Of a stretch of DNA of 64,000 nucleotides, positions 1 to 13,557 are shown one piece after another; positions within the stretch are counted from its first letter, which is position 1, and each line of letters opens with the position of its first letter. This DNA is from Chrysomallon squamiferum. Taxonomy: Eukaryota; Animalia; Mollusca. The DNA is taken from contig CM022678.1 of assembly GCA_012295275.1 (NCBI GenBank), positions 3,162,001 through 3,226,000 on the forward strand. The letters run 5' to 3'. Below the pieces are notes generated by a model, which was given only the letters and a program-made list of their open reading frames with translations, made no database searches and was not told the DNA's origin. The position numbers were made by a program, and so were the translations under genes.

Positions 1-47
1 TACTACTATTACCACTACCACTACTATTACTACGACTACTACAAAAC

Positions 48-94
<47 letters not shown>

Positions 95-413
95 GTGGAA
101 TGTGTTTTCTGATCAGTACACAACGTGTCTGAACTGTTGCCTGAGTTCAATATTTATTATCTTGGAAAATGTAGACAGACAGACAGACAGACAGACAGAC
201 ATTAACCTACATATCTGTATTAACCAAGAATTCATTACCTGTCTTTTATTACGTCACGTCGTTTATTTATTAGACAGTGTTCATAATCACAGCTTATTCA
301 TTAAATCTGTACAGTTTCCAAGTCTGGGTTCACTGCATGGGGTCCCGTTTGAAGTTTTGCAGTTCAAAGTTGCTGTTATCCAAAGTATCCAAAGTCAATC
401 AATAAATAAATGT

Positions 414-457
<44 letters not shown>

Positions 458-504
458 ACAAAAAAACAACAACAACAAACAAACAAAAAAATAAAAAATA
501 AAAA

Positions 505-712
505 GAACCAAAAGTGTTGTATGAATGGATTTTTTTACGACACGTCAAAACATTTTTATGTAACAATCTTTTATAGAGAAGAAAACGGTCTGAGCCATTG
601 AGTATGCTATTTATATCAGCAAGGAGCCATATGTTCAATATTTCGTAGAAAGGAAAATACATAAATCGGCTTCTGATAACGTTTAGTATTCCAGACTGAG
701 GTGGGACAGAAA
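505..712 (-). mobile_element. Highly decayed copy of the same SINE family
   Basis: Minus strand reads TTTCTGTCCCACC...TATCAGAAGCCG...CCTTGCTGATATAAATAGC...TGGCTCAGACCGTTTTCTTCTCT, collinear with the copy at 57380. Confidence 0.3.
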
Positions 713-770
713 AGGAAAGAAATTTATATCAGTTCTAAGAATAGAGACTGCATATGCCGAAACTCAATTA

Positions 771-826
<56 letters not shown>

Positions 827-861
827 AATAAATAAATAAATAAATAATAATAAATAAATAA

Positions 862-948
<87 letters not shown>

Positions 949-2052
949 AATAAATAAAATAAAATAAAACATAAAAATAAAATAAAATATTGGGTTCATA
1001 GCTTTTTTAAAATGAAACTCAAACATAATATTTACATATCTGGTCATAGATTTAGTGAACCACACGTCTGCCATTTTATTCCATTATCTCTTGCCCTCTT
1101 TGAGAAGGCTTCGTGATTTCCTGCTCTCAGAATTTGGCATTTTTCTTGGTGATAAGCTAAACACTACGAACTTTTGTTGTTCCAACCCAGTATTTAACTT
1201 TAAGAAAGCCTCTGCATTTTTCATCTTCTTATATTAATGCTGTTTGTTATCAGTATGATAAAATATTACCGTGGTTAAAATACAATTACTTATCATTAAT
1301 GACAACAACTTTTGCAGCAACAGCAACAGCAGCAGCATCAACAACAACAACCGTAATAATAAAAATTACTACTAGGACTACAATACTACTATATAAATAA
1401 GTAAATAAATAAGTAAATAAAGTTATAAGTGGCGAAAAACAACAACAGCAAAAACAACAACAATAAAAACAACCAACCAACAAATCAAAGAAAGTACAAA
1501 CAAACAAATAAATAAATAAATAAAAAAAAAAAAATAAATAAAATAAAAAAAATTAAAAAATAAACAAAAATAAAATAAAATAGAATCAAATAGAATAAAA
1601 TAAAATAAACAAAACAAGAATAAAACTGAATAAAATAAAATAAAAATTACAAATAAACAAAAATAAAAATAAAAATAAAACAAAAATCAAAAAATAAAAT
1701 AAAACCCTAACACACCCAAACCCCAACAATAATCGTTTGATGACACGTGACATTATACCAGCCTCGCCCCTATCACGAAATCAACCTTCACCAACAAAAC
1801 ACTATTTCCGATGCGCAATTTATTCTGCGCATACGTGAAAAACATCATATCCTTTCTCCGATATCAAGCAATCTACAGCTATGAGGGCAGTCAGAGTAAT
1901 CTCCCATTGTTGTCGAAGGATCGCGATAAACATTTGCTTTTAATTACGTTTGACAAAACTGACTGAAAATGTTAAATGATTAAGGAAAGTTTAGATAACG
2001 ATACTGAGATATTCCGAGGGGCAGTGTCAAATAATAAATAAATAAATGCATT

Positions 2053-2097
<45 letters not shown>

Positions 2098-2856
2098 TAA
2101 TAGTGATAATGATAATGATAATTAATGATGATAATGATGATGATGATATCAAAGAACAAAAATATTAAGAAGAATAAATACTAGCAACACATAAATAAAT
2201 CAATAAATGAACAAAAATGGAAACAATTAAAAATATTTTAAAGCTAATAATATTAAAAATGAATATAATAGACATTTCAAAAATAGCAAAAAAAAAAACA
2301 ACAACAAAAACAACAACAACAACAACCAAACAACAACAAAACTTAGGGGAAAAAAAAAGAAAAAAAAAATTTGGCAACATTCAACAAAGGAACGAACAAA
2401 CAAGGAAATAATAATAATATAATGATTATAATAATAATAACAACAAAAAGAACAAAACAACATCAAAATAAAACTCTTTCCAAGGACGTTCAAGTTTTCT
2501 TCCGCTTTCTCGCTCTTTGCTCCATTCTTTCTTTTTTATTATTTATTTATTTATTTATTCACTTTCTAAAATTAAATGACGTCACAGTAAAAGACAAAAA
2601 TATCATTCTCTATAATCTTCACGTACGTTCTTTTACAAGCTACACTCAGTTATTAGAAAAAGATAACTTACCTGTTTTATATTCTTGCATAGACTTTACG
2701 ACGGCTATGGCCTCATTATGTCAGGCAGTCAGTCGAAAAATTACTTCGAAAATTCGGGCAGTGTGTACATTGCCTGAAATACTTAGGATGTTTACAAACT
2801 GACTGAGTTAACCAAGCAATTTACAGATAGCCAAATTTTAATAATTTCCTACAGTA

Positions 2857-2896
<40 letters not shown>

Positions 2897-3141
2897 CAGT
2901 AAGATACTCTACAATAATAAATGCATTTTTATATTATTAAAGAAATATCCTGATGTTTATTTACTATCTTCCGTCATTTATTTTCCTTTTGACACTTTCC
3001 TTGTTTACAAGATCCAGTTCTACAAGTTCTCAAATTAGTGCAAGGTCGCGATAAAAACAAACGCATAAAAGCAGACGACAGTCACTTTTGCCGTCTGCTT
3101 CAGCACTGCACTGAGCCTGCCATCTTTGTCGTCTGCGCCAA

Positions 3142-3581
3142 ATGGCGCGTTTGCTTCTGCTCCTGCTTTCAGCGTGCACGTGCATGCTGGCGAAAGGGGA
3201 GAGAACCAAAGTGTCGTGCTTTCAGGCGAACGAGTCCGAGAAATCGGTTTACGACTACAGCCACTACGACATCCACGGCGAGAAAATGATCAATTTCTCC
3301 GACTACAACGGAACGGTCCTGCTGATTGTGAACGTGGCGGGTTTCTGACGGGCAACCCCCCAGTATCACATGTTGAATGCACTCAACAGGGACTACAAGA
3401 ACTTCAGCATCGTTGGAGCCCCTTGCAACCAATTTGCCATGGTAAGTCAGTTCTTTACAAGCACGCTTGTCGTGGTCATGCGTTCTGGTGAATTACTGTT
3501 GCCGTCACGTATAATTACATTTCATGGTTTCGTTTTGTGAGAATGAGATAAAGGCAGTTATATAATATCTGTGTATGTATG

Positions 3582-3621
<40 letters not shown>

Positions 3622-4068
3622 ATAGCCTCTAGCTGAAAATTACTTCTCTTAGTGAGTCACTCCAATGAGATTTTAGAAATGCAGTGGGATTGTTTTATCA
3701 CGATGAATTCAAATGGTAAAAGATTTACAGTATTAGTGTTGTCATTATTATTGCTGTTGTTGTTGTTATTATTATTATTAGTAGTAGTAGTAGTAGTAGT
3801 AGTAGTAATAGTAGTAGTAGAAGTAGTAGTAGTAGAAGTAATAGTACTAGAAGTAGAAGTAGTAGTAGTAGTAGTATATTTTATGCTGTGCGCAAATCTT
3901 CATGCATTACAGTATACAAAATCGAAACTGTTCTAAATTCGATGTCTGATCTGCACAACTGATTTAGCAAGATTAATTTTGTTACAAGGAATCTAAGGAG
4001 ACCCCAGTGAAATAAATTTAATACAAATATTATGTATCCATTATTAATAATCACAAAATAAATGTGAA

Positions 4069-4123
<55 letters not shown>

Positions 4124-5134
4124 CAACAAAAAAATAATAAAATAAAATGAAATAGAATTAAAAAATAAAATCGTTGATAATAACAAGTAAAAACAAATCT
4201 ATAATAATAACTGAAAAATTAAATGAAATAATAATAATAACCTAATTAGTAAAAACAACAACAAAAAGTAACAAATAAATAATTAAATAAAAGTTTTAAA
4301 AAAAATATATTATTTTAAAATTTATTCATTAGTTAATTTAGATCTTTAACCTTTAATTTTACGTCATAATCAAAAGGTTTGATTGCTATTTTTTCTTATT
4401 TAATTTTATTTATTTATTTATTTGTTTATTTTGTTTGTTTGTTTGTTTGTTTGTTTGTTTATATTTAATTTATTTATTTATTTAATTTATTTTATTTATT
4501 TGCAGCAAGAACCGGGAGCCAACGCGACCGAAATTCTTAATCATTTGAAATACGTCAGACCCGGGAATGGTTTTGTTCCTAACTTCCCGCTGTTGAAGAA
4601 ACTGGAAGTGAATGGAATAAACGAACATCCGCTGTACACCTATTTAAAGGTTTGAATTAATTTCAGCTTAAAATTTCTCTGCGTCAGAACGAATACACTG
4701 TCAAATAAATTAAAATTCTAAGTTACTATTTTATTATTTTACGCAACCTATCATCGATAATAACAAAGTCTTAACAACAAAATGATACTGTTACAAAATA
4801 TATGAACACCGCCATTTTACTTCATTACACGTGGAATCGTGACGTCACTGCGTACGTTGCTGACTGATAGGTCCGTGTTGTATGACAGTGTTAGAAGCTT
4901 TAAGATAATCGGTGCACTTTTGCTTACAAAATTGATATTAATTTGGTTACAGAATCATAATTTTCTTCGTATTAACTTTTATGTTAGTAAATAAATATTT
5001 GGTATTATACGTATCATTGTCATTAAAGATGCATTTTTTTTCCTTGTAAATTGTTACTTCTATTCTTCTTCTTCTTCTTCTTCTTATTATTAGTAGTAGT
5101 AATAGTAGTAATAGTAGAGTAGTAGTAGTAGTGT

Positions 5135-5212
<78 letters not shown>

Positions 5213-5423
5213 GTTATTGCAGTCGTTTTGCCCCTCTCCCAGAGAAGATTTCGATGAACCAGGTAAAAGTATTTTCTACCATCCAATGAAGAGCACCGAC
5301 ATCCGGTGGAATTTTGAAAAATTTCTTATCAACACTCACGGGAAGCCTGTCATTCGTTACTCAACGGACGGGGAAGAAGACGACCTTGTCAAGGACATCG
5401 AACAGCTGCTAAGTGAACTATAA
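3142..5423 (+). CDS. GPX: Secreted selenocysteine-containing glutathione peroxidase (GPx3-like), 214 aa; join(3142..3441,4506..4649,5223..5423); TGA at 3346-3348 read as Sec
   Basis: Signal peptide [19 protein letters not shown]. GPx motifs: [26 protein letters not shown]|[42 protein letters not shown]. The frame stays open past the TGA to a GTAAGT donor at 3442; both introns are GT-AG, phase 0. SECIS downstream. Confidence 0.95.
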
Positions 5424-5660
5424 CCGCAGACTTTAAAGAAAAACGATGAAAGCAGAGAACTGTTACATCATCGAGTATGTTTATTCCGAAGGTTATTACG
5501 TACAAAAACTGTGACAGTAAACTCTCCAACTATCCGATATTTATGTAAATATTTTATTTATAGGGCATCATTTATCACATTAATAACGTCGTAAAAAAAA
5601 AAAAAAAAAAAAAAAAACTGGATCTGTTTATTTTTCATTTTCAGGAAAAATAAATTCAAC

Positions 5661-5786
5661 GACATTCGCAAAACTTATGACCGTGTCACCGGAAACCGAA
5701 GGTTGGTGTCACGTGATGTATTCTTCGGTCAATTAAGTCTTTGTGCATTCAGACTTTTTTGGGCCGCGGAGAGTTTTGCAAATGTT
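5661..5786 (+). promoter_or_regulatory. SECIS element (type II) in the GPx 3' UTR
   Basis: ATGA at 5677-5680, 12 nt, then AAA at 5693-5695; mini-stem CC-GAA-GG; helix II CGTGTCACCGG/TTGGTGTCACG; 3' TGAT at 5714-5717; basal helix 5661-5676 with 5771-5786. Confidence 0.9.
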
Positions 5787-5810
5787 TGTGGATTAGATGA
5801 AAAAAATGAA

Positions 5811-5879
5811 AATAAACAGAACAGTTTTAATATAGTAAAAAAAGTTTATGTTATTATTTTTAAAATATTTTTTAATAAA
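5811..5879 (+). terminator. Candidate polyadenylation signals of GPx (AATAAA at 5811 and 5874)
   Basis: AATAAA hexamers just downstream of the SECIS, followed by T-rich sequence. Confidence 0.5.
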
Positions 5880-6148
5880 GTGAGTTAACAGAACTTGAAT
5901 CTTTTATTTTATTTTATTTTATTTATTTTAATTAAAAAAAAAAAATAACAAAGAAATATTTCGGAACCAGTCTGGAGAACTGAATAGAATGGGATCCAAA
6001 ATTTAATCTTTCAAAAAAAAAAAAATAAAAAATAATCTATCTATCTATCTATCTATCTATATATATATATATATATATACGCAATAACAACTGCAGAAGC
6101 ATCAACAAGAACCTCATATAAAATAATAAAATAAAACACATTAAACGA

Positions 6149-6188
<40 letters not shown>

Positions 6189-6194
6189 AACAAC

Positions 6195-6228
<34 letters not shown>

Positions 6229-6701
6229 TAATAAATTGATAAACAGTCTACATACACCTCGGCGAATCCGTGATTGAATGAAAAGGTGAGATACTTTTGG
6301 GGAAAACTGCATAAAACACAGGCATTTCTCTTCATGCGGAGGAAAATAAAAAAGAAAAGAAAAGAAAAGAAGTAATTTTCAAATATTTAAACATGCTGTA
6401 TCATATCGACAACTTATTTCGTTCAAAGATAATTCACAGAATATTCCCTTCGACAGTACAGCACTTCTGACTGCAAAATGTTTCCATGGCGTCAGTGGAA
6501 ACATTTGTTACGTCTTTATAATTGTTATCGTTACGTCACCACAGTGGCGCATTTGTTATTTAAAACCATGACAACAGCCTTTATTACATTAGTAAAAAGT
6601 TGTAATTAAGTTGGAACATATCTATTATTTATAAATTTCAATTAAAATATCATAGAAGTGTCAATGGCTGCCTATTTAATAATAATAATAATAATAATAA
6701 T

Positions 6702-6733
<32 letters not shown>

Positions 6734-8534
6734 TATAAAATAATAATAATAAAACTATTAAAAAAAAAACCGCACAAATAAATAAATTAAATAAAAATAA
6801 AACTAAAAAGAAGTGTAAATAAAATAAAAAGAGAGAGAAAACAACAGTGGCTTAAATAGTAAACATGCATAGAAAAGTCTATGTTGATTATAAATAAATA
6901 ATAATGATTTAGTCAGTTAAAACTACATTTATCTTAAAATCAATATCATTCAAATGTTTCCCAAACTTTAATAATTAGGAACCTGCAATATTAATGAGTT
7001 GAAGAAAATGATCCAGTCGTTTAAAACTATTTATAATTAAATAATACAAATATCCATTTATTATTACTTGGTTTTGCATTATCGTAATTATGTCTGAAAA
7101 TTTCCCAGTCAAAAATAAATATTGACTGTTTTCACATCATTCTTTATGAACGTTAGTAAAAGCGTAATATAAATATAACACAGCTCTATTAGTGAAGGGA
7201 AAGAACTCGTGTGAAAAGCTGGTGCAATATTTGACATTTTTATTTTTGTACTTCAAAGTTAAGGTAAATATATATAATATATAATTTTAGAATATACAGA
7301 AAGAAAACTCATCTGCAGTTTTAATAATCATTCTATCAAAGCGCTGTTAAACTGTATCGCGATATATTTCGTTCACTGAATGATTAAATTATAAATAATT
7401 TCAGATTTTATTCCAGCTGTTTTTAATTTAAGAGTTTATTTTCAGACTAGGGTCTTATACTAATATGTGCTTCTTTTAAAAACGTTTATTTAATTAAATC
7501 TTTAATTCTTTTTTTTATTTTTATTGGTAACATCAGAACAGTTAAAAATTAAGACTTTACATAAAGAAACAAAGTTCAGATTAAGAAACGTATGTTACAA
7601 ATAAATTAATTTTAACATTACAATGCAGTTCGTGACTGTATCTAACTTTTACTAACACAAATTGTATACAATTCTCTTTACAAACCAAGTCACAATGAAA
7701 CAACAATGCTGACCTATTTCCCTTGATCATAATGAAAGTGGTACTCATCATTTATTTATTTTTATAGAAACAGAAACAAGAACAAAACTGTGACACTGAC
7801 AAGTATGTCATTGTAAACAACTAAAAGAAAGAAAGGATAAAACTCTTGCAGGTAAACCACTGTTAACAAACATGAGAAAGAAAGAAAGAAAGAAGAAAAG
7901 AAACAACTAACACTGACCACACATCATAAAGACATGCAGTTTTATTCTATAATTTATAGAGAATTTGTTGATATTTTTTTAATGATAATCCTGATAAATC
8001 CAGAATCTGCAGTTTATGAGATTGTTTGTCTAGAGCTTATACTGTAATGTAATGTCCAGAATGCTTGCAAAGTATATCATTAAAGACGTTAAAGACGTTA
8101 AATTCTCAATGCTTCCCCGAAAAAACAAGACTAAAAATTAACTTTAAATAACTTGTAAAACATGTAACTTCGATTTTTACTGAAGATGAAAAATGAACAT
8201 CATATGGTTACACTGTAACTAGTCAAAATATCACTGCTAACAATGAATCGGTGATAGTTTATTACAATTTATATAAATTAATGTAGTATGATTCTGCTGT
8301 GTATATGAGAGTACAAATACAGTGAACATTTTAATGTTTTATTGTCTTAATTTCAGTAACCTGGATCAGTAATAGTTTATTTGAAGGAGTCTGTAATAGC
8401 TTATTGTTAACAGAATCCATTTCAGTTTATATACATAAATTTTACATGGAATACCAATTTTTACTTTCCTCTATAATCATAACACAATGAAAATTTAAAT
8501 GTACTTTTATCATCTTAGTTTCAGTGACTTGGAA

Positions 8535-10703
8535 ATGGCTGATGTTGACACCATTATCGGTTCGTCTCCTAAAAACCAAGGAGCCGTGGGCCAGTCTCCT
8601 GATTCAGAGTCGGTTAAAAAGAAACAGAAAAAGAAAACAAAGCAGCCTGCGGGGGATGGGAAGAAGTCAGAACTGCAGGCTGCGAAGGACGGAGGTGAAG
8701 GTGAAACAAAGTCAGAGGTTAAAGGTCACAAGAAGGTCAGCGAGGGTCAGAAAAAGTCTGGTGACGGAGAAAAAAAGGACTCGGTTAAGGCCGAAGGTCA
8801 GGACGGTCCTCAGAAAAGCAAAGCAGAGCTGAGAGCGGAAAGAAGAGCGAAACAGGTTTGACAGAATTTATTAGAAAATAAACTTTTAAAAAATAAGTGT
8901 TAAATTTATAAGAAAATATATTTTTTTTAAATAAGTGTTAGTTTAATAACTGTTCTACAAAATCTAACATTATATAAAAAAGCTGTCAGTATAAAAACAA
9001 TTTCAGATCTCTTTCGAAACAATATTCAATCAATTTTTATTATTATTATTTTACATTTTTTTTAATGTTTTTTTTGCTTGAGTTATATAATCATAATTTT
9101 TTTTTTTACTATTTAGCTATTGTTTCTTTTTTTAATAATTAAAAAGAAATAATAATAATAAATAAATTAACTCTCTGTAACAGAATACACAACAAGTAAC
9201 TATTCCACAAAATTTTTATTATTATATAAAAAGCTGTCAGTATTTAGATATTATTTCTTTTTTTAAATAATTAAAAATAAATTAAAAAATAAACAAATTA
9301 CTTCTGTGTAACAGGAAGCACAGCGAGCTGCTAAAGCTATGAAAAAAGCTGATGCACCTGCTGCTGCTGTTGGTCAGAAGAAGGAGGCGGTCCGCGTGTC
9401 TGACCGCGTTCAGGCCGACGTTCCCGAATCACAGAAACGAGTCGCAAAAAAGCTGGAGAAGATGCAGGTTCCGCAGAGAAAGACGACACAGCGAAAAGTT
9501 CGATTGTTTAGTCACCTGTACCAGTACGACAAACAGTTACCCTCGACAGAGTCTTTGTCGTAAGTGTAACACACGTTTATTGTTTGTTTTATTTATATAT
9601 AAGTTAAACTACCAGTACGACAAACAGTTACCCTCGACAGAGTCTTTGTCGTAAGTGTAACACACGTTTATTGTTTGTTTTATTTATATGTAAGTTAAAC
9701 TACCAGTACGACAAACAGTTACCCTCGACAGAGTCTTTGTCGTAAGTGTAACACACGTTTATTGTCAGTTTTATTTATATATAAGTGAAACTACCAGTAT
9801 GACAGAGTCTTTGTCGTAAGTATACGACACACTTATTGTTTGTTTTATTTATATATAAGTTAACTACCAGTATGACAGAGTCTTTGTCTTAAGTATAACA
9901 CACGTTTATTGTTTGTTTTATTTATATATATGTGAAATGTGTTGTTATTATTATTATTATTAGTAGTAGTAGTATTATTAATATTATTATTATTAGTAGT
10001 ATTATTAATATTATTATTAGTAGTAGTATTACTGATATTTATTCACTTATAATTATATATGAATATTATTGAATATTATTTCTTCTGCATTGACCAGAAA
10101 GTTTTTAAATAATTTTAATCTGTGATAACATTACTTAAAAAAACATTTAACATAATTAAAAACAAAAGGAAAAAAAAAGAAGAATTACTAGTTATATTTT
10201 AGCCTGTTTTTTACTTAAATAGAAAATAAATGATGTTTGTTTCAGGTTTTCTAATGGGGGGATTCACCCGGCTATAAAGAAGCTGGGGGTGCAGTATGCA
10301 GAGGGTGTGGTCAGTGGGTCCAATGCAAGGTGCGTTGCCTTGTTAGCGGCTTTTAAAAATGTACGTTTCTCTCTTGAGATTTTTGTATTAAAAATTTTAG
10401 AGTTAATTTTTAAAAAGCAAAATAAACAAACAAGCTTCACAGAAATTAAAATCACAGTCCAGTTGAAGGTCTGAAACAAAAGTGAAAAAGTAACAAAATA
10501 ATAATAATAATAATAATTATTATTATTACAAACAAACAAAATTTCTATCCTTTATCAAATAAAAAAAATCCCCAGAAAAGAAAAATAAATCAAACAGGTA
10601 TGATACACCATTTCTACCATTCTCTCCCTTAAATAGAAGAACAAAACAAAAACAAAAACAAAAAACAGCTACACACAGACACACGCACATGCACATGTAC
10701 ACA

Positions 10704-10742
<39 letters not shown>

Positions 10743-13394
10743 TTCAGTAAATAAGTAAATAAATATTAAACTGAAAAAAGAAAGAAAAAAACTAAGAAAG
10801 AAAGTATAATATAGTAATAAAGAATTTAATTTAACAAATATTAGTATATATAAGTCTGAAATTATTTGCAATGTTTGTGTATTGTAGATAAAACGTACAT
10901 TTTGTTCAATTCAGGTTATTGTTGATTATTCTACTCCACATCAGAAAGAACTGTCAAGAGATCTTGATAACAAAATCAAACCTTATATCAGGTAAATAAA
11001 TGTCTTTAATTAATTAATTAATATATATATATATCTATAGTCTGCTTTTATTCTAGTTCTCTATAATACATGCTGTAGATTCCTTCTTCAAAATTGTTTT
11101 TTAAGCAACTGAGATTGTGATATGTTAGTTTTCTCATGATTAAACATACACAAAATTTTATTTCAAGCACAGAATTATAAAAAATATTACATAAAAACAG
11201 ACTACACAGAAAACACAAATTGATTTCATTTTCAGAATTTTGTCCTGTTCTCAAAAAACTCTGAAAAATTCTGAAATCCAGTTCCAAATATTGTCTGACA
11301 AAGGGACGCTAAACCTGTGTAATTTGTTTCTCCAAAAATTTAAATTTTATGATTTTGTTTTTGGTTTTATTTTCAGTTTTCTTGTGCAGTGCCGTCCACT
11401 GTCAGTTAGCATGGGAAGTGCTATAAAATACCTCAAATGGAACATAACTCACATCCCTCGAGACATGTCAGACTCAGAGGTGATTTTTCAAATAATTTTT
11501 AAACAATTAATTTGTCGTAAAAATAAATATTAAACAACTTTTAATTAGTAAATCATATTCAGCTAGCATATCTGATGTTCACACACAGTTTGGGGTTAAA
11601 TTGTAATCCAGTTGCAATGCTGATGATATTTATTTCTTGTCTTTGTTAATGATTGATTTTTTAATGTATTATTTGTTACAGGCGAAGCAGAAGTTGACGC
11701 AGTGCATTGATAGTTTTATACATGAAAACATTGTTGTAGCTGCCAAAGCCATATCCATGTATGCTTGTGAGAAGATCGAAGATGGTGATGTGATTGTTGT
11801 GTATGCATGGTAGGTTCAGACGTGATTTTAACAAACGTTGTCTTCTTCAATTTTTTCGGTTACAAGTTTTCACATTGATCTGTTTGTAGTTACAAAAATG
11901 TTTACGTAATTTCCGAAATGCCAGAATGAATTATTTTGTTAAATTAAAGGGGTTTTTTCATTTGTTTGTTCATAAGAGTTTTTCATTAACCCCCCTCCCC
12001 ATCACATCTTTTCTTAATGTCTACATCATCATCACCTTTTCATCCATGATTCTACTAGAAAATCCTCTGATTTGTTTTCTTTCATTCATCATTCCTAGAC
12101 ACCTTTCAATTTTTGTTCTTTCCTTCCCTTTCTTCTTTCTTTCCTTCATTCTGTGATTCTTCCTGTCTATTGTGTCTACATTTCTACCACTTACTTGTGT
12201 CATTTCATTTTTCCTTAATTTCTTTACATCCATCCTTACTTCCTTCTTTCAGTAATTCAATCTTTCCATTCATCGTTTAATTTCATTTTCTCCACACTTC
12301 GTTAATTTGTCCTTTCCATTCTTCTTTAATTTGTTCTTTCAATCCATTATTAATTCTTCCTCATCTTCATTCTTTCCTATCATCCTTCCATCCTTCTTTT
12401 CTTCCTGTTAACCTATGTCTGTACACAAACCTTTCTTTTTTAACACTGTTGCTTTCATCCTTTCCTAATGTCTGTCATTCTCTTCATTGTTTCTTTCTTT
12501 CTGTTAAAATGATCAGAAAATATTTTTATTTTCAGCTCTTCTTTGATCTACAATGTCCTGTATGATGCACACAAACAAAGAAAGAAATTCAGAGTTATTG
12601 TCGTTGATGGCAGACCCAGAATGGAAGGTTTGCCATATTAAACTTTATTGTCAGTAAAGCATTAGTTTTATAATGATTCCTCAAAATAAAAATAAAGAGA
12701 AAGAAAGGGAAAAAAATACAAAAGCAATAACGAATTTAGAACAACATTTATTTTAAGGGAACAGTTTCAACCTAGTTGGCTAATTGCCTATGTTTTTTAA
12801 AACTATTTGGATGACACTATTCACATTTCATTCCATAAATATCAAGGAATGGTTACAAATTACAGTAGGTTTTAGTGCAGTAATGAAAATTGCAGTAAAC
12901 AAGGGGTTACTGCACACACAGTAATAAAACTGGATAATGTCTCTCTATTAAATTAACTGTTTTATTTCACAGGTAAAGAAATGTTAAGGCGACTTGTTAC
13001 TGCCGGAATTCAGTGTGCCTACGTCCTAATCAACTGTACATCATACATCATGCAAGAAGTATGTACTGCAGTTAAATAAATATAAATGTGTGTGTGTGTG
13101 TGTGTGGGGGGGTGTTTGTATATTATTTAATTTATTAACATTTTTATTAATTTATGGATATAGCTTTTTTATTTATGTATTTACTCAATAATTTACATAT
13201 TCACTTATTTGCCAGTTATTTTTTTATTTAATTTATATAAATATTTATGAATCTACATTTTCATTTATTAAAGTGTTTTTTCGTTTATTCTTTATGTATT
13301 TACATATTTATTTGTGAATCTTCTTTTTTATTTGTTCTTTCATGCTTTGTGTATTTACTCATTTATTTATTTATTTATATATTTACTTTTTATT

Positions 13395-13429
<35 letters not shown>

Positions 13430-13510
13430 CTTATTTACTTTTATTTATTTATTTATTTATTTATGTATCTATTTATTTATTTATTTATTTATTTATTTAC
13501 TTATTTACTT

Positions 13511-13557
<47 letters not shown>

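Noticed and set aside
240-1240. Minus-strand exon-like segments (AAAATGGCAGAC...TAT|GTAAAT near 1036-1074; a block at 240-374)
   Set aside because: Splice-like sites exist but no coherent multi-exon ORF or recognisable protein could be built; they may be UTR or lncRNA of a gene outside the window.
9519-9935. Regularly spaced repeats superficially like a CRISPR array
   Set aside because: Whole units repeat with no unique spacers, the context is a eukaryotic intron, and there are no cas genes.
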